NCBI GenBank assembly: GCA_040285825.1 | Contig: JAUPSS010000004.1 | Location: 682,001 to 746,000, forward strand | Length of the DNA stretch: 64,000 nt | Direction: 5' to 3' | Source of the DNA: Eukaryota sp. TZLM1-RC | Lineage: Eukaryota; Protista; Metamonada: BaSk clade | Shown: positions 12,511-25,099 of the stretch, one piece after another | Layout of the letters: the number at the start of each line of letters is the position of its first letter | How positions within the stretch are numbered: position 1 is the stretch's first letter | Notes under the pieces: generated by a model | Database searches by the model: none | Told to the model about the DNA's origin: nothing | The model's input: the letters and a program-made list of their open reading frames with translations, nothing else | Position numbers and translations under genes: made by a program

Positions 12511-14366
12511 TTTGGTTTTTATTGTAGTTTTTTTGTGATGGTTTATAAAAGTAAATTAATATAGAAAATATTATTGACTTTTTTCAAACATTGAACGTTC
12601 AATAGCAAATACAATTACTTGTTTTTACTTACAGTTAAAACATTTTCGGCACTTTAATCATTTGATTGCCACAAAACTATTTCAAAAATAGTTTAACCAA
12701 GAATTTCAGTATTTTGTAACTTCTTTGGATTGATGTTGTCGAGGAAATGGCAGTTTACTTCATAAATCACTTATAGCTTCACGTCTTAATAGAATTTATC
12801 ATTCTATGATATTGAATAATATTTGTTTAGTGAACAACCTATAAATCAACATCAAAATAATCCATCTCTCCCAAAACAAAACAACTAGATGCAACCCTCC
12901 TTATAATGAGATCTATGGCAAAGCAAAGCATGAGAAACCATCTTCAACACCCACTGATAAAGGAAAACACATTTCTGTTTTGCCAAAACAATGTGGTGAA
13001 AAGCTGTTTATTATTGTATTCCATGTAATTTACGGAATTAGATTCCAATGAAATTGATGATGCTGGCGTAGATGTGTTTGTTCAGCATCATTTTCAAAAT
13101 AGTAGAATCAATTTGAAATTAAAACAAAACAATATCTCCAGAGATAAGGCAAAATCAATCAAAATTATGTTCGAAAGCGAAAAATGATTTAATTTGATTT
13201 TTGTTGTAATTGAATTTGTTTTGTGGTGGTTTATAATTGCAAATAATCATAGAAAATAGTATCGAATTTTATCAAACAATGAATCTTCAATAACAATTAT
13301 AAATAGCTTGTTTATACTTAAAGTTTGATGCTTTTGTAGACTGGAACCATTTGCTTGCCGCAATACTATTTCGAAAAATAAGGAACCAAAAGTTGTGGAT
13401 TTTGTTACTGTTTCGGATATCTTGTAAAAACAATCAAAATTCAAAAACAAACTACAGTTTCATGTTATTGTGGAATTTGTCATTTGTTAAATATTGTACC
13501 ATAAATTTTTTGTATGTATGGAATTTGCACACTTATTCAAATTAACTCATAACTAATGGGACGACTATCATTGAACCAAGATTTCCTCTACAAAATCTTG
13601 ATCTGCTTGCTGTCTAGCTAAAGCTTCTCTTATTCGATTGAAAAACCGAGGTCCATAAAATTTGTAATTCCTCTCTGTTGCTAACCACAAGTAATCTTTG
13701 AAATTTCTGTTAAGGATTCGTTTGTTTGCGGTCCTTGGACTGTGGTTTACAAAAGTCACTGATATAGCTTTAATGTAATGTATCTAAAGGGGTATGCACC
13801 TGGTGGAGTTCAGCGTTGACAACATTGACCTCAAAACGAGATAGGTTCTGTTATGTAGACATTGAGGTGATTACTGAGCAAGGCATACATTATGAGGAAA
13901 CTAGAATAAAACTTAAGGGTTTGGTCTCTGAATTCAATCTGTTCAGCTAATTTGCAGCAAGATCAATGAGTAGAGTGCATTTAATTCAATTTGAGTGAAT
14001 TGAAAAAGTCTTCTGGTTCATAGAACTCTATGGAAAATACTTCTATTTTTGTAAGTGTTGAGAAGTACACAAGAATTTCAGAAATAACAAAAATACCAAT
14101 AAAATAAAACGGTGAATGCAGAACTTTTATGCTGGAGAAGAAGAAAATTAGTGTGAATGACATAAGTGTCCATTTGGTTGTCAAAACAAGAAATAATTGT
14201 TACCAGTTTCTCTGTATGATTTTGAAACAATTATAATGTCATGAATGATATTATACAAAGTTGACAAGTTTTTCAGTTATGTTGGATAAGAATATTGCAT
14301 TCCTCACCACAGCTCCTGAGAAGAACAGAATCGGCAAAAGATGGTTACTTATCTTGTCAGAAATTG
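11889..14366 (+). repeat. Segmental duplication, copy 2
   Basis: Highly similar to 2178-4743. Confidence 0.9.
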
Positions 14367-14370
14367 TCAG

Positions 14371-14857
14371 AAATAGTCTGAGTGAGACTAATTTTGTCCT
14401 GAGTTTCTTGAACATTTTTCCAGTACTTTTTTCAAAAACTTATAAAATTTTGTACCAATCATTTTTTATTCAACATTTTCTCTTACTAATGAACCGGTTG
14501 TGATGAAGATATCTGGGAAGATGTGAGTGACGACGATGATTTCACTGAAGTACAGGGATTCGACGATAATTCAGAGGAGGAAATTCAAGTAACCGAAGAT
14601 CTGAAGCTGAAGGATGAAGAAGAGGATGAATGTTATATTTTAGACTAGATTGTGTGCTTTTTATTGATGAAGATGTTGTTTGTCTGGTGGTCAAAGGAAA
14701 TAAGGTCGAGACAAAATTAGACTCACTGCAAAATTAGTCTCAGTTCAGAATTAGTCTCACTGCAAAATTAGTCTGAGTGAGACTAATATTGTCCGGAAAG
14801 CACAAACAACTCAGTACAAAATTAGTCTGAGTGAGACTAATTACTGCCAACAGTATA
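14371..14857 (+). mobile_element. Probable end of a DNA transposon with palindromic subterminal repeats
   Basis: TAGTCTGAGTGAGACTA (self-complementary arms) occurs near 14374, 14769 and 14823, with partial copies at 14712-14765. An acidic ORF tail (DDDDFTEVQGFDDNSEEEIQ...CYILD*) lies at about 14520-14649. Confidence 0.5.
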
Positions 14858-15303
14858 AGTGTCAAGAATGAGATTTTGGCGAATCCAATATAACTTGTGG
14901 AATAATTGTAAGTAATTTATTGATGTTTGTAGGTTATCCTGTGAGCTTTAGACTGTAAAAAATATTGTTTTAGATTTTTGATTCTATATGAATCAGTCTG
15001 ATAATGAATCAAATTAAATGTAATCCAATCAAAAATTCAGTTTCAGAGAAACTGCATTAAATTGAGTGGGTCCTGGTTTACAGTTGTTCTATAGGGGCAT
15101 AAGAACCAACAAAACAAGAAAAGTCCCTTTGTTGATTGTTATCTATCTTGTGACGGGTAATAACTCCAATAATAATTTTGCTATCATGTGGACAAATAAT
15201 GAATTGCAAGGCTGATATGAAAGCAAATCATAAAACACTTGAATTTTGGCAATGGCCAACACCAAAATCTTTGGATTTAAAATTCAATTCACTACAAACT
15301 CTT

Positions 15304-16403
15304 ATGCCCGAAGCCATACTTCTTTGGTTTGTCTTCCAGGCCCCAGCACCTCTTATCTTAGTCTAGATAACTCTGAATACATGCGTAATGGAGATCTTCC
15401 TCCTAATCGTTTCAAAGCTCAATCATATGCTGCAGGAATGATAGCACGACGTACTGTCAATGACAACCATGAAAACGCAATCGGAGTACTCACAATGGGC
15501 ACCATCCATAACAACCCCTCCGTTGTCTACCCTCTCGGCCGAGATCTCAGCCGTGTATACAAGGAAATAGACAGGATCGAGCATTGTCCACATACCGATT
15601 TCACCACAGCCATGGAGAATGCCATTCTAGTGCTCAAGAACCGGCCAGGCTCTAACCAAAGGCAGCGATGCATTGCTTTTATTGGCTCACCACTACGTTT
15701 ATCTACTGAAGAAATCGTCAAAATTGGAAAAAAGCTTCGTAAACACAACATTGGAGTAGACGTGGTTAATATTGCCGAACCCAACAATACTGATTTACTC
15801 CAAGAATTTATTAATCAGGTCAATGTAGATGACAATTCTCACCTCATAACAGTACCTTCAGGACCTCATCAGCTCTCTGATATGATTACCTCTACTCCCA
15901 TATTTGGAGCTGGAGGAGGTGTTCCTGCCGAGGAAGAGATGGATGATGAGCTTAGAGCGGTGCTGGAGATGTCTAGGAGAGAAGCAGAGATGGCAGGACA
16001 AGTACCAATGGAACAAGCCGACTCAACTCCGTCACAACAGGAGAGTGTAGAGGGTGCAGATGATCGTGTAGTTTTGGACATTGTGAATAGAATAAGAAGA
16101 GGCGAGGATGTTCCTTTTGATAGCTTGACTGAAGAACAACAAACACAAGTAGCCATATTGTTATCAACAGAGGAAGAGCAGCAACAAGAACAACAGCCTT
16201 CCGACACAACCCCAACACAAGAACATGAAAGGAGTTCAAGGTCAAGTGTTAACGTAGATGATTCTTATCTATTGGGAGAAACAGGGGCGATGGAAGAGTT
16301 GTTGAGTAGTGTTCCTGGTGTGGATCTTAGCCATCCTGATGTACAGCAAGCGTTGGAAGAACAACGTAAGAAGAAGGAAGAAGAGGATAAAAAGGAGGGT
16401 TAA
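15304..16403 (+). CDS. RPN10: 26S proteasome non-ATPase subunit Rpn10/PSMD4 (vWA plus UIMs); intron 15327-15361
   Basis: Spliced start reads MPEAILLC|LDNSEYMRNGD. Also L-K-N-R...QRQR..AFIGSP, KKLRK, and the UIM MDDELRAVLEMSRRE. A 35-nt GT-AG intron restores the consensus N-terminus. Confidence 0.95.
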
Positions 16404-17859
16404 ATGTAGATGTCCTAATAAAACACTTTAAAAACTAGACTTTATTTACAAGAACCATAACAACAATGAAGAAGTGGAGAGAACTATACAGCAAAACGAA
16501 ACAGCTATTGTGACGAGGATTGGGGAGAGAGCTTGTACTCGAGTTGATCGAGCTTGGCTTTAAAGTCGTCTATGATCTCAGATTCTGTAAGTGATTTGTC
16601 TTGCTTTGGAGAGGATCGCTGAGGTGTGGAGATAGGAGTTTGTTGGCTTGTAGACATCGGCTAAGAAGATACAAATGACAAGAGATGGTAAAGCGTTGAG
16701 ATGGATGGATAGAGATGAAATGAATCAAGATTGTCTTTGAACTCATCGCTTAGTTTATAATTTATAATTTCAAATGAGGTTTCAAGATGACGTCGTGATG
16801 ACGTGGCACACACTTCAATGTTATGTATTCGTTTTATAAAAGTCTGTTTCGTCTTTTCACGTGAACAAGCAACCGATCTTTTCTTTCTTTGAATTGGATA
16901 TTTAGTCAAAGGGTAAGCAATGTCACAGGAGGTTCTGAAAGCCATTATTATCTTTGCAATGCACATTACATATATGTACAGTATACTGAGATCTCAAATG
17001 TAACTTCTTATTATATAATTGTAGTACCCCTACATTGTACTAACACAAAATCTTGATGTAGACTTCTTTAAAACAATTGGGACAGAACACAAGAGATTAT
17101 GGAATTAACAAAAATTGTTGAATGGACTTGATTTAAAAAACAGTTTTTGTCAACATTTCAATTGATTATGAGGATAGTGACTCGTTTCACAAATTTCCAC
17201 ATATTATGGTGTTGTGTTCAATGATCATTGATGTAAATCAGCCACAGTCATGAAATTTGAAGTCATGTAGGGTCCTTAATGGTTTTGTTTGTTGATACGG
17301 AAACAGCACATTGAAATATTTATACAATTGCAAATTGACTTCATCATATCACTCGTTTGTTCTCGATATTTTCAGAACGCATTTATGCATTATAGATAGA
17401 AGCCATCACATTGAAACTTTTACTAAACCTTCATTGCGGAAGTCATCATCACGGATGATGTGAAATAATGTTGTTGGGAAAAGTTGCTTTTTTCCAATCA
17501 AATGGAGATGAAATTCAGTTTTGGATTATAATATCACCATGAATCTAAATATAAAATAAAAATAAATATAATGAAAAAAAGGAACAATATCCGACATTGA
17601 ATTGGTAAAATCTACCTCCTTCATTTGCAGCTGGTACTGAATGAAAGCAATTTATGAACTTCATGTTTTTATCAATTAAAGATGTGACAGATAAAGTTTC
17701 ATATAAGAGTAGTTCCAAATAAATATCCATCTTCACATTCGTCACTCCTGATCTACAATTGATTAGTAATGATATCCTTCAAAAACCCAGCAGATGAATT
17801 CTTTATATTAGAATGCAAAAAACATTTTGAACCAATTCGAAAATTAACCTATATTGTTT

Positions 17860-18430
17860 TTGTTCAGGTTTATAACAATTGTTTTATAGCAATTTTTCTA
17901 CATTGCTGTAGGTCGGGACTTTCCTTTTGCCTACAGCAAAAATAACTATTTTGGCTTGGGGAAGGAACAATAAAGGTGTACTAGGTACATCTGATTTGAT
18001 TAAACGACCCATAACATCATTTGAATCTGAATTACATTGCAGTTTTCACAATGAAAAACAGAATGTTGATAGAAGGTTTAGTGGTCTCATCAAATTAATT
18101 CATTTTGAATATTTCCAACATTTGAAAATCTTTTGGTAATTATCCCAAAATAATTATCAGATGCTACTTCAATTGTTTAATCGGAAGGAAAAAATTTCTT
18201 AAAATGATGAACCTTTTGACGTTTTTGGATCTTTAAAAAGTCGTCAAGATCGAAATTTAAACAAAAATGTTTGTCTATTACATACATATAGTAGAAACAA
18301 GAATGTGCTATCAGAAAGTGTGGATGATAGTGTGAGAAATACGACCTGTTGGTAAATCTCCGATCCAACGTCCAACAAATAATTATTTTTAAGAATTGTA
18401 TTAACCTTGCAATTTAATATGTATATTGGT
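17860..18430 (+). pseudogene. Decayed paralog of the RCC1/LRR gene family
   Basis: AWGRNNKGVLGTSDLIKRP...DRRFSGLIKLIHFEY matches the 37614-39859 protein (WAWGRNDKGQLGTGDLIDRP...DRMFSGLIKFVYWEY). Contains stops and frameshifts. Confidence 0.75.
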
Positions 18431-19838
18431 TGCAAGGATAACATTGAAATAATATGTATCTTTTATACTACATAACTACATAAAATGGTAGCATATGATT
18501 TTCTCTTAACCACCACACGTTGTGGCCAAAAGCACTGTTGATGCTGATTGGTAAAAACGTATTCCACAGGTTTTAGAATTGTAAAAGCCAAAAAATGAGC
18601 AAGCAAAACATGTTCAAGAGTACGTGAATACTGTAGTTTTGAGAGGAAATTTTGAAATTGTTAACAAAACAATGCTGAAAAGCTACCAATTCAATGTGAA
18701 CCAATTAACAAAACCAGTCCGAAAGAGTAGTTTTAATAATCAATACTGTTCAACCAGTACAATATTTCTGTTTCACTAGTCAAAAAACAAACCAGAGGAA
18801 ACACTGGCCATTTCTCCATTGGTTGTCATTTACCGTAATTAAGAGTTATAAGGTTGGAAATGAATAACAGGTTTTTGTTACGCGTTTTTTTGGTGACGTG
18901 GCCATCAATGAAATATTCGTAGATATATATGTAAAATTACTAGAAATGAGGTTCGCATTCGTTAAATTATTCACCAATTTCGCTTTTTCATAAATTCAGT
19001 TAAAGGTAAAGAACTATTGAGCTTTTATTTACACTCCAATGAGAAATGAAATTTTGAAAAAAAGTGGTATTCTCAGATATTTTCGGTCTGTTGACATTGC
19101 TGGGAAAAAAGTTCTGTAGGATAAAGCTATACAACTAGTGTTTCTTGAAAAATCGGAGGTTCACTGCTTTTGAGATACGAACGCTAACTCATGTTAACAG
19201 CATCATTGACGCTCAAAGAAATTATACAGCATGGAATTTGTAGAAGTTGAAGTCAAATTTTCCCATGACATCATCCAACATGACTAAGAACATCAAGATA
19301 ACAAAAGGACTGTAATGGATCCTAAATTGGCCACCCATAAGTGCAATGTACCTCATTGATGTTGATCCATAAACCAAATCATCTAAATCTGATTCATGAT
19401 ATCCATATAGAAGAGAATTCCATGAATAGACTGAGAGTCATAACGTTCAACATGTATAAATGTTTGCAGATTCACTAAAGCTCATCCTTAAATTCACAAA
19501 ATAAAACAGGATTTATTGAATCAGGACTACCTCCCTTCAATGATTTGTGTATCTGATTGTGAAAATTGAGATCCAAAACGTGCAAAGTAGATGAGTGAGA
19601 AATACAGGAAAATTTGTTTTGAAACAACCGAAAATTTGTGAAACCATTGAATTAACCAATTCTTCAACTGTTGATTTATTAGGTTTATGTCCATCGGATA
19701 ATTGCTTTGAAGTTGAAGACAAATCTTCCCGTTATAAACGAAAATAAGACAACGAAATGTTTATCAAAAGACAAAGGGTGGAGGTGACAATGATGATTAC
19801 CCACAAGCAGGCTAACAGTGCAGAATCAAAAGCATAAA

Positions 19839-22007
19839 TTACAAATAATGTACAATTGAGTATTCGTCATTTTTATGGCGAACCCATATACCAAATACAG
19901 TACCTGAAGGAATTGGTTTGGTATCACTTCGTCCGTTTAAGCTAAAAGTAGCTTGATTGTTTTCAATATTAATATAAATAATATCTCCTTGGTTCATTTT
20001 AGGGAGGGAGAAGTTATTATCACGCGTATCACCATCAGTCTCATACCTAGTACCAGGATACAAGTCACCATTTCTAATATTATCCATTGTCCAAAACCCA
20101 ATAGCTTCATAACCACGGCTCCTATAAGTACATTTAATCGCAATTTTGAACATTTTAGGATTGAAATCTATTACTGCAAAATTACAAGGTTTAGAACCAT
20201 CACAACAATCATTTAAAACCCTTCTATTACCTTCTGAGAACACCATCCGAGAACCACTTTGATTTGTATTAAACTTCATGAATTTGGTTTCCCTACCCAA
20301 TAACTTTTGACATAGTTGATTAATAATGTCAAATGAACAATTACCAACAATAACCCCTTCCAACCATTCTTCCTTGTTTTTATTAATTGAATTAGAAAGA
20401 TTGAGGTTTAATAATAAATCACTGGAAATTGTAAAAACTTCTGGAATTGAACCAAATTCATAATGATCAATTGCCTTGCCTAATAAGCAAGAATTTGAAT
20501 ATTTAATTGAGTAATTGAACAGAGTTTTAAAGGCAATTTCACACAGGGTATTGAATTCTATCTTAGTAGTAAATGATTCAAAGTCAATTTGAGAAGTAAA
20601 TTCATTGCCAAGATTCAAAATCCAAATAAAATCCTGAACACTAATTGAATTAATATTGAAAATAAAATGAATAAACAATTTTTGTTTTAAGTCTTGGTTA
20701 ATTTTCAGACATAAAATCTTTTCTAATTGTGCCTTTGAAATTGGTTCTGTTAACTGAACAGTAAAAGCTTCAATAAGTTTTTCTTTCAGCTTATTGGAAT
20801 TTAAACGCTGAACTAATGAAATTACTGCTGATAAATGATTTGAAGTATTGAAGTCGTGAATAAAAGCATCAATAAAAGATGATTGAATATTTGTACCACT
20901 AAAATCAACCACATCATCAATCAAAATTGATTGAAAAAGATGACGTAGCTCCGTGCTGACCATTCTGGTTATCCCACAGCTTGATAATTTAAAACTTACT
21001 TTTTGAAAGGATTTTTCTTGAATATCTTCTAGCTTTTTTGCTTGAAAATTCTTACAATTCATGACATCAACTGAAAACGGAACTAAAATTTGGTAAAGTT
21101 CATCAAATTTTGATAAAGGGATCAAAATAATTTCATTCAAATCAGCAAAAGTAAATTGATGAAAATCAAATGAATAAAGACAATCTTCAAAAATTTCAAC
21201 ATTCCAATCAAAATTACATTGGATTTGATTGACTTTGCTTGAATATGACGTGACCAAGGTGTTGAGTAACCAATAATTAACTTCAGAATCATTTTGATTG
21301 TCAGATTTCAATTTTTTGAAAGTTTGAGGTTTGATTGAAATGGGATCGGCATTGATTATACTAAATTTTGACATGAAAGCTTTCAAATTTGCACTATTGA
21401 AATTTTCGCGATCGGCAAGCTCAATCGTCTCAACAAACCAATTTGGATCTCGATTTGAATCTTTAACACTTCCAAAACAATTAATAGAAAAATCAATTAA
21501 AATAATAGATAAAGAATTGTCCATTTTCAAGGGAGAAAAAAGTTCAAAATAAAGAAAGTCAAAATGAAGATCCTTGATTTCTAGCAAAGTCAACACATTT
21601 TTGACCTCTTCAACAGAGAAAATTTGGTCACTTGACCATGACTTTATGAAACTTTTAATCAACCACATCACGTGATTGATTGATTTTAATTGACCAGAAA
21701 GATTGATTAAAGTGATTGGTTTAAGCTCGACATGTTCACGTTCACCAAGGTCAAAAATTACAGGAATTTGGTTGGAAATTTCTTCAATCAAATGTGAATC
21801 AAATTGATTGGCAATTATCAATAACCAAAATAACCAATCATTTTTAGTTTTTGAAGATTCAAAATTTGGTAATAAATTGACTGAAAATTCCAACAAAACG
21901 TCAATTAAATCTTCAAATTTACCAAAAACTTTTACAACTTTATTCCAAATAAATTCAATTTCAATTTGTTTAGGCAAAATTTTGCCTACAAAATTTAGGG
22001 GCCGCAT
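19839..22007 (-). CDS. Hypothetical 722-aa protein, helical body plus SPRY/B30.2-like C-terminal beta domain
   Basis: Long ORF. The C-terminus (FSEGNRRV...AIGFW...GDIIYINIENNQATFSLNG) has a SPRY-like pattern; the domain call is by eye. Confidence 0.7.
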   Translation of the reverse strand: MRPLNFVGKILPKQIEIEFIWNKVVKVFGKFEDLIDVLLEFSVNLLPNFESSKTKNDWLFWLLIIANQFDSHLIEEISNQIPVIFDLGEREHVELKPITLINLSGQLKSINHVMWLIKSFIKSWSSDQIFSVEEVKNVLTLLEIKDLHFDFLYFELFSPLKMDNSLSIILIDFSINCFGSVKDSNRDPNWFVETIELADRENFNSANLKAFMSKFSIINADPISIKPQTFKKLKSDNQNDSEVNYWLLNTLVTSYSSKVNQIQCNFDWNVEIFEDCLYSFDFHQFTFADLNEIILIPLSKFDELYQILVPFSVDVMNCKNFQAKKLEDIQEKSFQKVSFKLSSCGITRMVSTELRHLFQSILIDDVVDFSGTNIQSSFIDAFIHDFNTSNHLSAVISLVQRLNSNKLKEKLIEAFTVQLTEPISKAQLEKILCLKINQDLKQKLFIHFIFNINSISVQDFIWILNLGNEFTSQIDFESFTTKIEFNTLCEIAFKTLFNYSIKYSNSCLLGKAIDHYEFGSIPEVFTISSDLLLNLNLSNSINKNKEEWLEGVIVGNCSFDIINQLCQKLLGRETKFMKFNTNQSGSRMVFSEGNRRVLNDCCDGSKPCNFAVIDFNPKMFKIAIKCTYRSRGYEAIGFWTMDNIRNGDLYPGTRYETDGDTRDNNFSLPKMNQGDIIYINIENNQATFSLNGRSDTKPIPSGTVFGIWVRHKNDEYSIVHYL

Positions 22008-22417
22008 TTTGAACTCATGGTTGACTCACTTTGTTAAAAGCGACAATGTTTGGTAGCAAAATGTAGCAAGATTGAGTTGCCATTGTTTACAGAAAAGATG
22101 AGAAAACACATTAGTTAATCACCTTCTACAGCTTTCTCCAGTATAGATGGAAAGTAAACAAAACAGATTAGAAAATGTTTATTATGGCAGCAATTAATTA
22201 GCATGAATAATTCTGTTCCAGGATTAGATTTACTATCACACTGAAATTAACCAAGGAGATGATATTTTCAAAAAATTAATCTTATGTTCATTTATGATGC
22301 ATGACAAAATGTAACACAACTTCTTTTTTAACTTATTCTATTCAAACGAAATTGTTAAAAACTAAAAAACAATTTCCTCAAACTCCACTTATTGAATTGT
22401 GATGAATGGTGTAGTAG

Positions 22418-23327
22418 TTATATATAGAAATGAATTTCAACATGGTGGTAAACAATATCTGTGATCATTCCTAGTGCTACTGTGATGAACAAGAAAGCTG
22501 CAAATGTCCGTAGTATCTTTGGTTTGGTTTTTTTATGACACGCAGCTCCTAGTTTGGCCATAGGAATACTAGGAATGACCAGAAACAAAAGCTTATCCCA
22601 AACCATCTGGTCACTGATGATTTTACCGGCAAGGGTGGTGGTAGAGGAAGCAAAAACAACAGGTAATCCACAAGCTAATGCTACTCTTGTGGGGACTAGA
22701 ATTAGTGAGAAAGTAGAATGAACGCACTTTGGAGAAGGTAAATGGACAATGGTGTTAACTAAAGTTAGAATGAAATGAAAGACGGTATACCAAGAATCCA
22801 CCCCCTGCTCCACTCATACCAGCAAAGAAACCAACAAAAGAAGCAGTGAAAAAGCACCCAACTAAGGAGTATTCAAGCTCTTGATCACCGTTAATGTCAA
22901 ACTCGTCTTTCTTGGGCTTCAACAGCATCATTGATGAAGATGCCAATAGAAGAACAGGGAATACAATCGCCAAAACCAGTTCATGAATAGATGCACTTAA
23001 AATAGAACCCAAGAATCCAAAGGCTGCAGCCGGAATTGCAAGGGTAATAATAAGAGGTCGGACACTTTTATGACCCAGTATATTCCCCATGGAAAGAGCC
23101 GCAGCAAGTGTAGATATCCAAATCAACCCAATACATAGAGCAGAAGCCTCCGACATGTCTACCTTTTCTCCACCCAATAAAGGAGGGCCATATATCAGTA
23201 GAGGCAGAAGAAAACCAGCACCTCCAACACAAAGAAGGCCTGATAAGAAACTAGCAAGTGTGCCAATAAGAAGAAACACTAAATGATTAATCTGGAAGAT
23301 GTATTCAAATATGTCTGACAAGCCCAT
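22418..23327 (-). CDS. TauE/SafE (TSUP) sulfite exporter family membrane protein; introns 22759-22790 and 22696-22727
   Basis: Duplicated motif SGLLCVGGAGFLLPLL / AGMSGAGGGFL|LTPL. Two 32-nt GT-AG introns join the ORFs as GGGFL|LTPLSIYLLQ|IPTRVA. Confidence 0.9.
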
Positions 23328-23649
23328 TCTTAAAGATATTGTCTAAAGGAGGGGAAAAGTATCTTCTTTATTGTTCTAGACTCAGTTTTTATACTCTGGA
23401 TTGAATTTTCCAAAGATACTGAAAACACTTTTGGTCAGTTTCTGACAATTTTCTGACAAAGGCACCCAATTTGGTGCGAACCCATATCAAACAAAAGACT
23501 TACAACTGCTTGATGATTTGTGTTACACTTTCATAAAATAAACCCAAAATATTGCACCTAGTTCAATTCACCATCGTTTACATTGTTTTATATACATTTT
23601 TTATTCAAACGAAATTGTGAACGTTTAAAAATCAGTTTCCTCAAACTCC

Positions 23650-24965
23650 GCATCCACTATTGAAAATTTACCTACAGCGATTTCTTCATAAAATCTTCCT
23701 AGTGATAACAACGAGCTAGAAACAAGGCTACAATTAAGAAGCCACATTTTTAGTGGTACAGATTTTGGTGGTGTTGATTTTCATAAATCAAGCTACCTTT
23801 GTAAAGCTGCATTTGTTGGATGTGGTACAAATTTTGTCTTTGAGGTTGCAAATCGCATTCCAAAAAAAATTGATCTCATTGAAAACTGTGGCAGCTCTTA
23901 TCCTATTTCTCTGCAACAGGAACTTGAAACTCTTTCACCAAATATTTGGTCTAAATGTTTTCCCTCTGATATTGTGAAACTTCCTTCAAGATGCTTGCTC
24001 TCCTTACCACTAACTTTTGCAAAATTGAAGGAAAAAATTTTCAAAGTTTTAGAAAACTTGGAGTATATTGTACGTCTCAGCTTGGCTAAAGGAAAAAATC
24101 CCATTTTTGCAAACTTATTGATTGACCTTGAAGACAGTTGCTCAAGTTGCCTTATCTCCCAAATTCCCAATTTATGGTCTTCTACCCAATGATCATCAAT
24201 GGACCACTGCTATGAGAATGAGATGTTTCTTATGGCCTTGTTCGTAACCAAATGACTGAATTTGTCGCTGCATGAATGTGGTTACACTTTTCCATATTGT
24301 AAACTGCAAATATTGTATAACTTATCGCTAAATTGTTCATGACTCAGTTCGTAATCAATTATATGTCATGTGCAATATATTATTATATATCAATATTGTA
24401 TCAGTATTGTTTCAATATAGAGGCATTTATTGAACCGTTAGTTCGTAAGCTTTCTCCAGATCAAACTGATGATTTTTTTGGTAACAGAAGGGCAGCTTTA
24501 GTAACTCCAGGGATGGATGTTGTTCTAAACGTTGTGGATATTGTCTTTGTAGATGTCTGCAAAAACTCTGCTGCTCGTTTGGTGAATTCCGCTCATACGC
24601 CGTCATCTAACGCCGAAAAACAAAGAACATAACAAATCATGAAGAACCACTGGCACAATTAAGTAGAGTCGAACATGTAAAATATCAGTTTGTACCGTTT
24701 GCAACTTCTCTTTTTGGCAATACTGGACCTTCAGGATTACAATTCTTTCAAAAAAATTTCAAAAAAAGTTTTACTAAATAGATCTCATAAAAAATGAATT
24801 CCACTTTCTGGTCAGTATTGTTTTTTGCATTTTCAAGTCTATTCATACAATGATTTCTACAGCTCTTCTACCTATTGGTGTAGAATATGAACGAAATGCT
24901 GTAGCTAGGTTTAGTAATAGTGATGCTCTTTTGGAGGATATTGAATATTAGACAGAATTTTAGTT
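23650..24965 (+). mobile_element. Decayed RLE-type non-LTR retrotransposon, family B (3' half)
   Basis: Fragments FGGVDF, IEPLVRKL...FFGNRRAALV...VVDIV, AEKQ, YQFVPFA.SLFG parallel family A. Many stops and frameshifts. Confidence 0.75.
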
Positions 24966-25099
24966 CAATAAAAACACAGATATTCAAAAAAAGAAACAAA
25001 GCTATGCATTCCCTTAAAAATATAAAATACAATTCTATTTTGCCAAAAAATGCGATCGAATATTTTGCCAGTTCTATTTTTGACAATTGATGAAAAATC

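Noticed and set aside
14371-14845. CRISPR-like palindromic repeats
   Set aside because: Irregular spacing, no unique fixed-length spacers, no cas genes, eukaryotic context.
15246-15361. ORF-track N-terminus of Rpn10 (MAMANTK...)
   Set aside because: It reads through an intron; the spliced start at 15304 matches the Rpn10 consensus.
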